This document shows positions 34,028 to 44,110 of a DNA stretch of 45,330 nt, piece by piece. The stretch covers positions 1 through 45,330 of the forward strand of contig BPTM01000158.1 in NCBI GenBank assembly GCA_023705945.1. Reading direction: 5' to 3'. The number at the start of each line of letters is the position of its first letter. Position 1 is the first letter of the stretch. The notes below the pieces were generated by a model. The model did no database searches and was not told the DNA's origin. It saw nothing but the letters and a program-made list of their open reading frames with translations. A program made the position numbers and the translations under genes. The DNA is from Candidatus Heimdallarchaeota archaeon. GTDB lineage: Archaea; Asgardarchaeota; Heimdallarchaeia; Heimdallarchaeales; Heimdallarchaeaceae.

Positions 34028-34615
34028 ATGATAATTGTGGATGTTAAAAGATGTTGGGGAAATAAGAGTGAACTATCAAGGGCTTATCACGACGAGGAGT
34101 GGGGAACTCCTGTTCATGATGACCAAATTCTTTTTGAGTTTATAATCCTTGAAGGAGCTCAAGCTGGTTTGAATTGGAATACAATTCTTAACAAAAGGGA
34201 GAACTATAGAAAAGCTCTAGACAGTTTTGACTTTAACAAAGTTGCAAAATATGGAGAGGTGGATATTGAGAGACTCTTGAATGATGAGGGTATTGTTAGA
34301 AATAAGTTGAAGGTGCGTTCAGCAGTTCAAAATGCTAAAGTCTTCATAGCTATTTGCAAAGAATTTGGTTCTTTTGACAAATATCTCTGGGCTTTTGTTG
34401 ACAACAAACCAATAAATAATGGTTTCAAAACTTGGAAAGAAGTTCCTGCTAAAACCGAATTATCTGATAAAATCTCTAAGGATTTGAAGAAACGAGGAAT
34501 GAATTTTGTAGGAAGCACGATAATTTATGCGTTTATGCAGGCTGTAGGAATGGTTAATGATCATATGACTTCCTGCTTCAAATATGAAGAAATTGCTTCG
34601 AAGAATGTTGCTTGA
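34028..34615 (+). CDS. tag: DNA-3-methyladenine glycosylase I
   Basis: 195 aa. CWGNKSELSRAYHDEEWGTPVHDDQILFEFIILEGAQAGLNW and C-terminal MQAVGMVNDH match the Tag family pattern. Confidence 0.9.
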   Translation: MIIVDVKRCWGNKSELSRAYHDEEWGTPVHDDQILFEFIILEGAQAGLNWNTILNKRENYRKALDSFDFNKVAKYGEVDIERLLNDEGIVRNKLKVRSAVQNAKVFIAICKEFGSFDKYLWAFVDNKPINNGFKTWKEVPAKTELSDKISKDLKKRGMNFVGSTIIYAFMQAVGMVNDHMTSCFKYEEIASKNVA

Positions 34616-34653
34616 AGCTAATTCTTTTATCTAACCTTCGTGGATATTATGCT

Positions 34654-35637
34654 ATGGAATACGTAAGATTAGGCACAACCGGGATAAAGATTGCTCCCAT
34701 TATATTGGGGACGATGCAGTTTGGATGGAGAGTAGAAGAGGAAGAATCCTTCAAGATTATGGATAGAGCCTTAGAATTAGGTATCAATTGTTTTGATACA
34801 GCTGATGTTTATAGCTATTGGGCAGACAATAGTTACCCTGGAAAAACAGAAGAGATAGTTGGGCGTTGGCTGAAAGATCGAGGAACAAGAACTGATTTGA
34901 TTCTCGCAACCAAACTTCGCGGTTCGATGTCAGATGATATTAATGATCGAGGATTATCTCGAAGACATGTCCATCAAGCAATTGCAGCGAGTCTTAAAAG
35001 ACTGCAAACTGACTGGGTTGATTTATATCAAATTCATAGTTTTGATGATGATACACCTATAGAAGAAACTCTACACGCGCTCAATTTGCTTATAGATAGA
35101 GGTGTAGTTAATTATTTGGGCGCTTCCAATATTCATCCATGGATGCTAGTAGAATCTTTTTGGGTAAGCGAGAAGAATGGATATGCTCGTTTCGAAACAG
35201 TTCAACCTCCATTCAGTATTATTCGTCGAATGCTTGTCGAACATCAAATGTATCATGTGATAAAGAAATATGGTCTGGGAGTTATATCTTACAGCCCATT
35301 AGCAGGTGGTTTCTTAACTGATAGATACTCACGTGATGGCGCTCTACCTGATACACCTAGAAGTGAAGGCGCACAAAAAAGATATTTCTCTGAAAAGAGA
35401 TGGAAAATACATGAGACAGTGAAAGAAATAGCTGACTCTAAAGATGTTAAAATGACACAGGTAGCTCTAGCATGGGTAATAGCAAAAGATTTCATCACAG
35501 CACCGATTATTGGAGCAAATAGCGTAGGACAGCTGGAAGAGAATGTTGGTGCTTTAGAAGTAAAATTGGATGAAGATGAAATTAAAAGATTAGACGAAGT
35601 ATCTGATTGGATACAAGATTACGAAGCCATTCGGTAG
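34654..35637 (+). CDS. Aldo/keto reductase
   Basis: MEYVRLGTTGIKIAPIILGTMQFG, FDTADVY, DLYQIH and GASN. I prefer the ATG at 34654 over the tracked TTG at 34612. Confidence 0.9.
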   Translation: MEYVRLGTTGIKIAPIILGTMQFGWRVEEEESFKIMDRALELGINCFDTADVYSYWADNSYPGKTEEIVGRWLKDRGTRTDLILATKLRGSMSDDINDRGLSRRHVHQAIAASLKRLQTDWVDLYQIHSFDDDTPIEETLHALNLLIDRGVVNYLGASNIHPWMLVESFWVSEKNGYARFETVQPPFSIIRRMLVEHQMYHVIKKYGLGVISYSPLAGGFLTDRYSRDGALPDTPRSEGAQKRYFSEKRWKIHETVKEIADSKDVKMTQVALAWVIAKDFITAPIIGANSVGQLEENVGALEVKLDEDEIKRLDEVSDWIQDYEAIR

Positions 35638-35974
35638 ATTCAATCTATCTCTTCAATTTTTTCTACTTCTTAATTGATGTTTGTTCTATATTTTCTTTGG
35701 TGTTTTTATTGTTTTATGAATAAAAAAACTGAGGGTGGACACTCGGTTGGTGGAATGAGTTTATTGCATGTTATAGCGAGTGCCATGTAATCATAAGTAG
35801 GTGAAAACAATGATTGAAAGAAGTGATAGAAGAAGAATTGCAAAAATAGAGAAAGATTGGAAATACCAGTTAGTGGTTAAGAAAGAACAGATGAAATGTT
35901 ACGGGCACTATAATTGTCAAATGATTATCCACTAAACTTTAAATTCTCCTTTTTCTTTTTCATACTGATAACGT

Positions 35975-38053
35975 TTGAATTTAAACAACTTGAAGGGTCC
36001 AATAAGAATAGGAATCGATACCGGGGGAACCTTTACTGATTATGTAATTGTCTCCAATACTGGTGAAATTTGTGCATGGAAAGTTCCAACAACTCCAGCT
36101 GATCCCAGTGTAGGGATAATTGAGGGATTAAAGGAAACAATGAAAATATTCCATTTTCAAGCAAGTGATGTCGATTTAATAGTTCATGGAACAACAATTG
36201 GGACCAATGCATTTTTAGAAGATAAGTGTCCTCCTGTAGCATTTTTAACAACAAAAGGGTTTCAAGACATTGTAGAAATAGGCCGGCAACAGAGATCTGA
36301 ACTTTATAACTTCAAATTTGGAGAGAAATATCCTATTTCGTTTTCAAAAGATATTTTGTTTGAGGTGAATGAAAGGTTAGATAGAGATGGTAAAGTTATT
36401 AGACCACTTAACATGTCTAATTTAGATGCTCTAGTCTCTGAACTAAAAATAAATTCAATCCAAACAGTAGCTGTTTCACTGTTATTCTCTTTTCTTAACC
36501 CTCAGAATGAGAAATCTATCTCGTCATTTTTCAATGATAAGAACATTCAAGTCTTTCCTTCGCATGAGATTAGCCCTCAAATAAAGGAATATGAGAGAGC
36601 CGTAACCACTTTGGTAAATGCCAAAGTTAGCCCGGTTGTACACACTTATTTGCGTAAATTAGAGAAACAATTGAAGGAAATAGATATCAAAGCACCATTA
36701 TTAATCATGCAATCCAATACAGGAATGGCAGATGTAAAAACAATTGGAAGATCAGGCATTCAAACACTTTATTCTGGTTTAGCAGGAGGGGTATTAGCAG
36801 CTGCTGATAGTTTAAAACACCTGAGCAGAACACATTTAGTTTCTTTAGATATTGGAGGAACGTCAACAGATGTTTCTGCTTTAATTGATCAACCAATAAT
36901 TTTGAGGTCAAGGAATTTTGGTGGTTTTCCTCTTATTGCAAGTATGGTTGATGTTGAAACAATTGGAAGCGGAGGAGGTTCTATTGCCAAATTTAAGGAT
37001 GGATTATTGTCCGTTGGACCAGAATCACAAGGGGCAAATCCAGGTCCCGCATGTTACTCATTAGGGGGAGATAAAGTGACATTAACTGATGCAAACCTGT
37101 TTCTTGGCTATGTTCATGAAGATAATTTTGCTGGGAATATGAATATTGATAATGGAAAATCGAAGCTCTATCTAATGGAATTGCTAGATGAAATTAATTC
37201 TTCTACATACTCACTTGAGATAGAATCAGTAGACGAATTAGCACTTTCAATAAGGAAAATTCTTAACAATAATATTGCAAACGCAATACGAGTTGTAACC
37301 ATTCAAAGAGGTCTAGATCCAAGAAACTTCGCCCTTTTAGGTTTTGGTGGAGCAGGACCTTTGCAATCTTGGGAAATAGCTAAAGAATTAGAAATGGGTG
37401 GTGTTATTATTCCTCCTTTCCCTGGTGTATGGTCAGCTTTTGGTCTTGTAAGTTCTGATATTAAACATGAGGTGACACAATCATATCTTCAAGCTACAAA
37501 TGAAGTAGATTTTGCGGACATAAACGAGAAGATGTTAGATATTAAGGAGAGATTGGCTAAAGTATTGACTAAAGAAGATGTTGAAGAGGAACAAAGAGCC
37601 TTCAACTACTCGGTTGATATGCGCTGCATGGGTCAATCTGATTCACTAACAATCTCAGCAGCTTACCCATTAAATAAAGCAACCTTAGCTGAATTAATAG
37701 AGAACTTCCACTCTCTGCACAATCAGAGTTATTCTTGGATTGATAGAGATTTAACTGTAGAACTTGTAAATATCTCAGTAGAAGCAGTAGGATATGTTCC
37801 GAGAATAACGATGACAAAACTACCTGTTGGAACAGATAGACCTCCTAAGGAAGCACGTAAAACAAGTCGAAAGGTAAACTTTGACGGTTATTGGTTAGAT
37901 ACCCCAGTATACAACAAAGCGCTTCTATTAAGTGGTAATGTGGTTGAAGGACCTTGTATTATTGATCAACTAGATACAACAACAATTATTCCTCCTAAGG
38001 TTATTGGGAAGATAAATTCCTTAGGTTATATCATAATGGAGGAGAAGAAATGA
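35975..38053 (+). CDS. hyuA: Hydantoinase/oxoprolinase family, A subunit
   Basis: 692 aa. IGIDTGGTFTD at the N-terminus and a second DIGGTSTD motif. Its stop overlaps the next start (ATGA). Confidence 0.85.
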   Translation: MNLNNLKGPIRIGIDTGGTFTDYVIVSNTGEICAWKVPTTPADPSVGIIEGLKETMKIFHFQASDVDLIVHGTTIGTNAFLEDKCPPVAFLTTKGFQDIVEIGRQQRSELYNFKFGEKYPISFSKDILFEVNERLDRDGKVIRPLNMSNLDALVSELKINSIQTVAVSLLFSFLNPQNEKSISSFFNDKNIQVFPSHEISPQIKEYERAVTTLVNAKVSPVVHTYLRKLEKQLKEIDIKAPLLIMQSNTGMADVKTIGRSGIQTLYSGLAGGVLAAADSLKHLSRTHLVSLDIGGTSTDVSALIDQPIILRSRNFGGFPLIASMVDVETIGSGGGSIAKFKDGLLSVGPESQGANPGPACYSLGGDKVTLTDANLFLGYVHEDNFAGNMNIDNGKSKLYLMELLDEINSSTYSLEIESVDELALSIRKILNNNIANAIRVVTIQRGLDPRNFALLGFGGAGPLQSWEIAKELEMGGVIIPPFPGVWSAFGLVSSDIKHEVTQSYLQATNEVDFADINEKMLDIKERLAKVLTKEDVEEEQRAFNYSVDMRCMGQSDSLTISAAYPLNKATLAELIENFHSLHNQSYSWIDRDLTVELVNISVEAVGYVPRITMTKLPVGTDRPPKEARKTSRKVNFDGYWLDTPVYNKALLLSGNVVEGPCIIDQLDTTTIIPPKVIGKINSLGYIIMEEKK

Positions 38054-39633
38054 GTTCCAAATTTAGTCTTATAGAAGCCCAAGTGATTAATCAATCATTG
38101 AAGAACGTAGCATTAGAAACAGGCATAGTTCTACAAAGATCAGCTTTTTCTCCTAATATAAAAGATAGATTGGATTTTTCAAGTGCGGTTATGGATCAGT
38201 ATGGTCGTTTAATAGCTCAAGCAGAGCACATCCCCGTTCACTTAGGAGCCATGCCGGAAGGAGTTAAAGCAATAATTAATCATTTCGGTGAAGAGAACAT
38301 CCTTGATGGAGATATCTACATAGCTAACAATCCTTATCTTGGAGGAACTCATCTACCAGATATTTCGGTAATAAAACCAATTTTCTTTGAAAAGCAGATT
38401 GTAGGATACATTGCAAATAGATGTCATCATGCTGATGTTGGAGGAATAGTCCCCGGTTCAATGCCAAGTGGCAAGTATACTTTGGAAGAAGAAGGGTATG
38501 TAATCAATCCAACAATTCTGGAAAGAAATGGGGTTTTAAACCAATCTTGGTTTAATGAGTTTTTAGATAACATAAGGGTTCCTGACGAGAGAAAAGGAGA
38601 TATTCAAGCACAGTTAGCATCTACCAAAATAGGTGAAAGGAAGTTCCACGCTCTACTCAAGAAGTATTCATTAAGCAGAGTTCAAAAAATTATTGGCTTT
38701 CTTAATGAACGTTCAAAGAAAGCCTCTCTTGAACTAGTAAAGAGGATACCAGAAAATAGAAAGGTTACTTATACTGATTACATGGATGACGATGGAGTGA
38801 ATGATAAGTCAATAGCAATAATTGTTGAAGTAGAAAGAAAAGGTGATCAGATAGTTGTCGACTATACTAAAACAGATCCACAAGTTGAGGGAAATATTAA
38901 TGCCCCCTATGCAGTTACTCTATCAGCAACATATTACATTATCAGGTGTTTAATCTCTACAGAATATGCAACCAATTATGGTTTATATGAACCTTTAAGC
39001 ATCATAACAAAGAAAGGAACATTAGTTGATCCACTGCCACCTGCTGGTGTAGCTGCAGGAAATGTTGAAACCAGTCAAAGAATTACTGATGTGATGCTAG
39101 GTGCATTTTCACAATTTTTCCCTGATGAAGTACCAGCGGCTAGTAGTGGTACTATGAATAATACAATTATTGGGGGATTGAAACCCAATGGAGAGATGTT
39201 CACTTATTATGAAACAATTGCAGGTGGAATAGGTGCAGCTAAGAATTATTCTCCTCCAAACGCTAAACATAGCCACATGACAAACACAAGAAACACATCG
39301 ATTGAAGTACTAGAAAAGTATTATCCGTTGAGAATTGAGGAATATTCTATCATAGCCGGAACAGGTGGATCAGGAAGATGGTTTGGAAGTAATTCAATAC
39401 GTCGTTCAATCAGACTGTTAACAAAGGAAGCTGTTTTATCTATTCAAAGTGAAAGAAGAAAACATGCACCGTTTGGATTGTTTGGGGGAATGGATGGGGC
39501 AAAAGGGAAGAACATTCTTGAGACAAAAGAAGAAACTATTTATCTACCTTCAAAGATAACCAGAAAAATAAAGCATGGTGATAAAATAATTATTGAGACT
39601 CCGGGTGGAGGAGGATATGAAAAACAACAGTGA
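38050..39633 (+). CDS. hyuB: Hydantoinase/oxoprolinase family, B subunit
   Basis: 527 aa with NNPYLGGTHLPD and the HSHMTNTRNT region typical of Hydantoinase_B. It is translationally coupled to the A subunit. Confidence 0.85.
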   Translation: MSSKFSLIEAQVINQSLKNVALETGIVLQRSAFSPNIKDRLDFSSAVMDQYGRLIAQAEHIPVHLGAMPEGVKAIINHFGEENILDGDIYIANNPYLGGTHLPDISVIKPIFFEKQIVGYIANRCHHADVGGIVPGSMPSGKYTLEEEGYVINPTILERNGVLNQSWFNEFLDNIRVPDERKGDIQAQLASTKIGERKFHALLKKYSLSRVQKIIGFLNERSKKASLELVKRIPENRKVTYTDYMDDDGVNDKSIAIIVEVERKGDQIVVDYTKTDPQVEGNINAPYAVTLSATYYIIRCLISTEYATNYGLYEPLSIITKKGTLVDPLPPAGVAAGNVETSQRITDVMLGAFSQFFPDEVPAASSGTMNNTIIGGLKPNGEMFTYYETIAGGIGAAKNYSPPNAKHSHMTNTRNTSIEVLEKYYPLRIEEYSIIAGTGGSGRWFGSNSIRRSIRLLTKEAVLSIQSERRKHAPFGLFGGMDGAKGKNILETKEETIYLPSKITRKIKHGDKIIIETPGGGGYEKQQ

Positions 39634-39813
39634 GCTTTTCTCTTTTTTACACTTACACATAGAATAACTTTGTAGTATAAGCGTATTATCTGTGTAAGGT
39701 AGATTTTCTCTGAATATAATTGTGCTGAAGTTTATATTATCTCTAACAACAAAATAGAATTTGAATGTGTATGTCCCAAAAAGTTTAGATACCACAAACA
39801 TTATGGCTAGTTA

Positions 39814-40605
39814 ATGGAAAATATTGACTCATTAATACTTGTTGAAAGAATTGGTAGTAATAGTAACATCGCGTTAATTACCCTTAATCGCCAAAAGACT
39901 CTTAACACTCTTAACGAAGAAATGCTTCATCAACTGAAAGATGTTCTTATTTCATTAATGAATGATAAAAGTGTAAGAGCAGCGATCATTTGTGCTGAAG
40001 GCAAGAGTTGGTGTGCTGGTGCAGATTTAAAATGGATGGGATCCTTTGGTGAGGAAGCAAACAAGCTAATCAAATTTGGACAAGAAACTTTTACTTTGTT
40101 AGATGCAGTTCATTTTCCTGTCATTGCGGCAATAAATGGTTATGCTCTCGGAGGAGGAATGGAACTTGCTTTGGCTTGTGATATACGTATCGCATCAGAA
40201 AAAGCTTTGTTTGGCCAGCCAGAAACAACTGTAGGGTTAGCTCCAGGTTGGGGCGCAACATATCGCTTACCTAAAATAGTTGGTCTAGGTATAGCCAAAG
40301 AACTGATTTTAACAGGTAGAAAATTCCCTGCAGATGAGGCACTTAAGATTGGTTTGGTTAGTGCAATCTACCCCCCTGAACAGTTAAAGGATAAAGCTAT
40401 TGAGTTAGCAGAGCAAATAGCTAATAATGCCCCTGTAGCTGTTAAAGAAGCTAAAAGAGCTATTAACAGGGGTTTGAGTGCTAGTTTAGAAGAGGGACAT
40501 AAAGCAGAAGTTGAAGGATCAAAGATTTGTTTCGAAACAGAAGATATCAGAGAAGGAATAGCAGCGATATTTGAGAAACGGAAACCAGAGTTCAAGGGTA
40601 AGTAG
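39814..40605 (+). CDS. Enoyl-CoA hydratase/isomerase (crotonase) family protein
   Basis: 263 aa with AGADLK, the GYALGGGMELALACDIRIA oxyanion-hole region and the catalytic-Glu context GQPE. Confidence 0.9.
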   Translation: MENIDSLILVERIGSNSNIALITLNRQKTLNTLNEEMLHQLKDVLISLMNDKSVRAAIICAEGKSWCAGADLKWMGSFGEEANKLIKFGQETFTLLDAVHFPVIAAINGYALGGGMELALACDIRIASEKALFGQPETTVGLAPGWGATYRLPKIVGLGIAKELILTGRKFPADEALKIGLVSAIYPPEQLKDKAIELAEQIANNAPVAVKEAKRAINRGLSASLEEGHKAEVEGSKICFETEDIREGIAAIFEKRKPEFKGK

Positions 40606-40630
40606 ATTTTTAGAAAAGAGTTGAATAGTT

Positions 40631-41365
40631 ATGACCAAAGTAACACACGCAGAAGAAGAATATCTAGAAACTTTCTTCTGGTTCCTAGAATATGGAAACC
40701 GACATGTTAAAACCAATCAAATAGCTGAGATGATGAATGTTGATCCAGGAACTGTTACTTCAATGTTAAAAAAATTGGCAAAAAAAGAGTTGATTGACTA
40801 TAAACCATACTACGGTGCAAAGTTAACTGCTAAAGGAGAAAAAGTAGCTATTAAAGTTGTGAGAAAACATAGATTATCTGAAAGCTTTCTTGAGTGGCTA
40901 GGTCTTCCGTGGTCTAAAATACATGAGGAAGCTTGCAAGTGGGAGCACATTCTTACAGACGAGATAGCGATGATGATAGAAGAGAAGATCAAACCAATCA
41001 GGACCCCTTATGGTGCTTTTATCCCTAAGAATGATGGTACAACGCCGATAATCCCAGAAAGCAAACATCTAGCGCTTTATCAAACAGGACAAACTATAGA
41101 AATAACGGAGATAATCGAAAGAGCGATAGCAAGACACTTTCCACAAGAAGCAACCTTGCAAGAAATATATGTTGAACTAGAGCAAAAAGGGTTGAAACCA
41201 GAGCAAAGATTGGAAATACTAACCATAAAAGAAAGAGAAGATGTCCAGATAGAAAAATGGTCCTTGCACTACGATTTGGATATGAAACTGAAAAATGAAA
41301 AAGGGGAAGTAATCGAAGTACCATACTATCTCGTGAATATGATTTTAGCTAAAGAAATAAAGTAA
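40631..41365 (+). CDS. DtxR/MntR-family metal-dependent transcriptional regulator with an extended C-terminal domain
   Basis: 244 aa. EEEYLETFF....N.....QIAEMMNVDPGTVTSMLKKLAKKELI......LT.KGEKVA..VVRKHRL.E.FL is the DtxR wHTH plus dimerisation pattern. Confidence 0.8.
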   Translation: MTKVTHAEEEYLETFFWFLEYGNRHVKTNQIAEMMNVDPGTVTSMLKKLAKKELIDYKPYYGAKLTAKGEKVAIKVVRKHRLSESFLEWLGLPWSKIHEEACKWEHILTDEIAMMIEEKIKPIRTPYGAFIPKNDGTTPIIPESKHLALYQTGQTIEITEIIERAIARHFPQEATLQEIYVELEQKGLKPEQRLEILTIKEREDVQIEKWSLHYDLDMKLKNEKGEVIEVPYYLVNMILAKEIK

Positions 41366-41404
41366 GAGTAAAATGATTTGATAGAGGGACAATGCAATTA
41401 TCTG

Positions 41405-42232
41405 CTATATCTTTTCTAAATCATCTAAATAGGCCGTATCTCTCATCAGTTCTGTTAACCTTGAAATAAATCTTGCTGCTGGAGCACCATCTATTATATC
41501 GTGATTCATAAGAATGGTTGTACAGAGTAACTTTCTTTCCTCTATCTTACCATCTCTAACCACTACACCATCTTTGATTCCTCCAAGAGCAATATTCAGT
41601 GTTTTGTCCGGAAAAGGTACAGCCCAACCTCCTTGCCCCTTAATAAACATCCCAAGCGAGGTTATTCCAACGGTTCCAATAAGTTTCTTTAGGTAAAAAG
41701 GGTTAGAAATTAGTGTTCTAATAACAAACCTGCGGAAGAATCTAGGTAGGAATAAATAGAATGATTTGTAGGAAGAAGTATCTCTGGTAAGTTGATCCTC
41801 TCCCCCTATCTTTTTAGACTGAGCTGCTCGGATCTCATCGGTAATTGTCTTCACACTTTTTGTTTCTGCTTTCCGGATAACATAATTATAAGGAACTTTT
41901 TTGCCAGTTTTTGTGGTTAACTCGACTATAATGCTGATATCAACATCATCGAAAACAACAATTTTTCTTCCTCCTTTACGAAAAGAATTCAAACGTTTAT
42001 CTTCGCTTACCACCTGGCTAACACATTTAGTTACCCAACCAGTGAAAGATACCTTATAATTATCTTTTTTCTCAATCTTTTCTATTTTATCTAATGCTTC
42101 AGTAACATCAATCTCTATTAAACCATGAATTCTATTCAAAGAAGCAGCAACGTCATTATAATCTGCAAGAATCCTTCTTGTAGGGGAAAATTTCTTAATG
42201 TGAAAATTCTTCTCTTTAGGCATATGATACAA
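41405..42232 (-). CDS. Stand-alone 2-oxoacid dehydrogenase acyltransferase (E2) catalytic-domain protein
   Basis: 275 aa. The C-terminal NHDIIDGAPAARFISRL corresponds to the E2/CAT-fold DHRxxDG catalytic motif. No lipoyl or subunit-binding domain is present. Confidence 0.7.
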   Translation of the reverse strand: MYHMPKEKNFHIKKFSPTRRILADYNDVAASLNRIHGLIEIDVTEALDKIEKIEKKDNYKVSFTGWVTKCVSQVVSEDKRLNSFRKGGRKIVVFDDVDISIIVELTTKTGKKVPYNYVIRKAETKSVKTITDEIRAAQSKKIGGEDQLTRDTSSYKSFYLFLPRFFRRFVIRTLISNPFYLKKLIGTVGITSLGMFIKGQGGWAVPFPDKTLNIALGGIKDGVVVRDGKIEERKLLCTTILMNHDIIDGAPAARFISRLTELMRDTAYLDDLEKI

Positions 42233-42299
42233 TTTTCTCTAACTTATAAATAAAATTTCGGGAATAAAAATGAAAGAAAACAAAGTATCTCATCCTCTA

Positions 42300-42710
42300 T
42301 CATGCATTTCTCTTATCCCATATTACAAAGAAAACGATTAATCCGATTACTAATGCAGCAAATATACTCCATTGAATAACAACCATTGCAGTATTGTTAA
42401 CACCAGGATCTGCTGTGATAATAGTAGCGTCAACAATGAAAATAACACTTGCCAGATAAGCAGCAATTATTATAATTTTAATTGTGGTTGTAACTTCATC
42501 CCCTTTGTTTTTCCTTTTTCTTCTAATGATTACAAAACCTATAGCCGCTGCAACGAAGAAACCACATCCTATAGCAATGGCACTTGCAGACAATAAAACA
42601 GCATTCTCCATAAATAAAGATACAACGAAGGCAACAACTCCACCAATCATTATACCTATAGCAGGATAGATATACCAGTTGTATTCTTCAGGAACACTCA
42701 CTGGAGACAT
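42300..42710 (-). CDS. Small membrane protein (4 predicted TM helices)
   Basis: 136-aa ORF with four hydrophobic helices and a central RRKRKNK loop. Confidence 0.5.
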   Translation of the reverse strand: MSPVSVPEEYNWYIYPAIGIMIGGVVAFVVSLFMENAVLLSASAIAIGCGFFVAAAIGFVIIRRKRKNKGDEVTTTIKIIIIAAYLASVIFIVDATIITADPGVNNTAMVVIQWSIFAALVIGLIVFFVIWDKRNA

Positions 42711-42761
42711 AAAACTAAATTTGCCTCATAACATATAAACTCTTTTAGAAACCTAGAACCA

Positions 42762-44006
42762 TCATCTGCCATAATTACCCTTTCTTTTAATAGAAGAAAT
42801 TAAAGCATAACTCAGAATAAGTAAACCTATACTGCCTGTGGTGATAAAGGAATTACTGTCCGTATTATATGGCGGCGCTGCATAACTAAATTTAGAGATT
42901 ATTGTTGTTCCCTCTATTCCTTCCGTTGCATTATATGTTTTCATATAGTAACTATTACTATATGTTAATGAAAAATATCTCTTATGTAAGAAATATACAT
43001 CCGAGTACCAAGTCTCATTTACTAACGTTAATCCTTGAGAATTGATAATAATGAATATTTCATTAGCTTTACCCGTTATCGAACCATCTTCTGTATCAAG
43101 GAAATTATAAGATATTTTATCATTTCTTATTTCCGTTTTTCTTAATGCAATATCCCCAAATTCTGATTCAATTCTCTTATCCCATATTTCCTTTCCTCTC
43201 TTATTTATGTACTTCACTGTCATTATTTGCTTGCCTTCTGAACTCTTGTAGATTACACAAGCATCTGTCTCAAATGTAACCAACCCTTCTATTGTTCCTT
43301 CGAATTCTACTGTCAACAGAATCTCGCCTTTTTCAGAATTGATTTTATGAAGCTTATTATCATACGTTAGATACAGTAGGTCATCTAAACCTTCTGATAA
43401 TCTAAATGGAGGCTCTATCCATATGGGTAAAATCTCCTCAAAGGTTAGACTCCAAATTAATTCTCCATCTAAGTTCATTTTATACAAATCATCAGTTTTT
43501 TTACCGTGTGTTGCGTTTAGGATATCATATCCCTGTTTATGAAATAGATAAAGAAAACCATCATCCGAGATTATAAATTCACAAGAAAGAAAGCCAAATG
43601 TACTGTTATCACTTATAAAATAAGATGCAATATAACTGATGTTATTATCGAACTTGAAAATCTGGAGACCTTCAGTACCAAGATCGACTAAATAGATGTT
43701 TCCCCCTTGGTTTACTATTTTTGTAGTAGCATGAAAGAAAGCATAACCAATATCTACTGTCTTATTTAAGATAATCTGGCTATTGCTGGAATATTTTGTG
43801 ATTCTTGTCTTACTCCAATCATCTGAACCCAAGGAATACAAGAGATAATTGTCATTATAGTCAGTACCAATTGGATATGAAATTCCTTCTTGTTTTGCTA
43901 CCCACTCAAGATTTGGGCTAGAGAGAACCAGTAATACTTGGTTATAACTCGATACTAAAACTAGAATTGATAAAATGAACAAGAAGGAAAATTTCTTCAC
44001 AATCAC
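42762..44006 (-). CDS. Secreted hypothetical protein with an N-terminal signal and a C-terminal TM anchor (possibly a beta-rich repeat fold)
   Basis: 414 aa. The N-terminus is FSFLFILSILVLVSS and the C-terminus is TTGSIGLLILSYALISSIKRKGNYGR. No family assigned. Confidence 0.5.
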   Translation of the reverse strand: MIVKKFSFLFILSILVLVSSYNQVLLVLSSPNLEWVAKQEGISYPIGTDYNDNYLLYSLGSDDWSKTRITKYSSNSQIILNKTVDIGYAFFHATTKIVNQGGNIYLVDLGTEGLQIFKFDNNISYIASYFISDNSTFGFLSCEFIISDDGFLYLFHKQGYDILNATHGKKTDDLYKMNLDGELIWSLTFEEILPIWIEPPFRLSEGLDDLLYLTYDNKLHKINSEKGEILLTVEFEGTIEGLVTFETDACVIYKSSEGKQIMTVKYINKRGKEIWDKRIESEFGDIALRKTEIRNDKISYNFLDTEDGSITGKANEIFIIINSQGLTLVNETWYSDVYFLHKRYFSLTYSNSYYMKTYNATEGIEGTTIISKFSYAAPPYNTDSNSFITTGSIGLLILSYALISSIKRKGNYGR

Positions 44007-44110
44007 TCACCTCTTTTAAACTCAAACCTACTGATGTTATAAAAAATTCAGCTATAATAAAGATATTGCTGGAAAAAATGAGAGAAAGTGAACAGAGCGT
44101 AAAACAATAG

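Noticed and set aside
35717-35935. Two very small ORFs (24 and 41 codons) and a short GC-richer patch (ctgagggtggacactcggttggtgg) in the spacer upstream of hyuA.
   Set aside because: I found no ribosome-binding or conservation evidence, no convincing C/D-box or riboswitch pattern, and the ORFs are too short to call.
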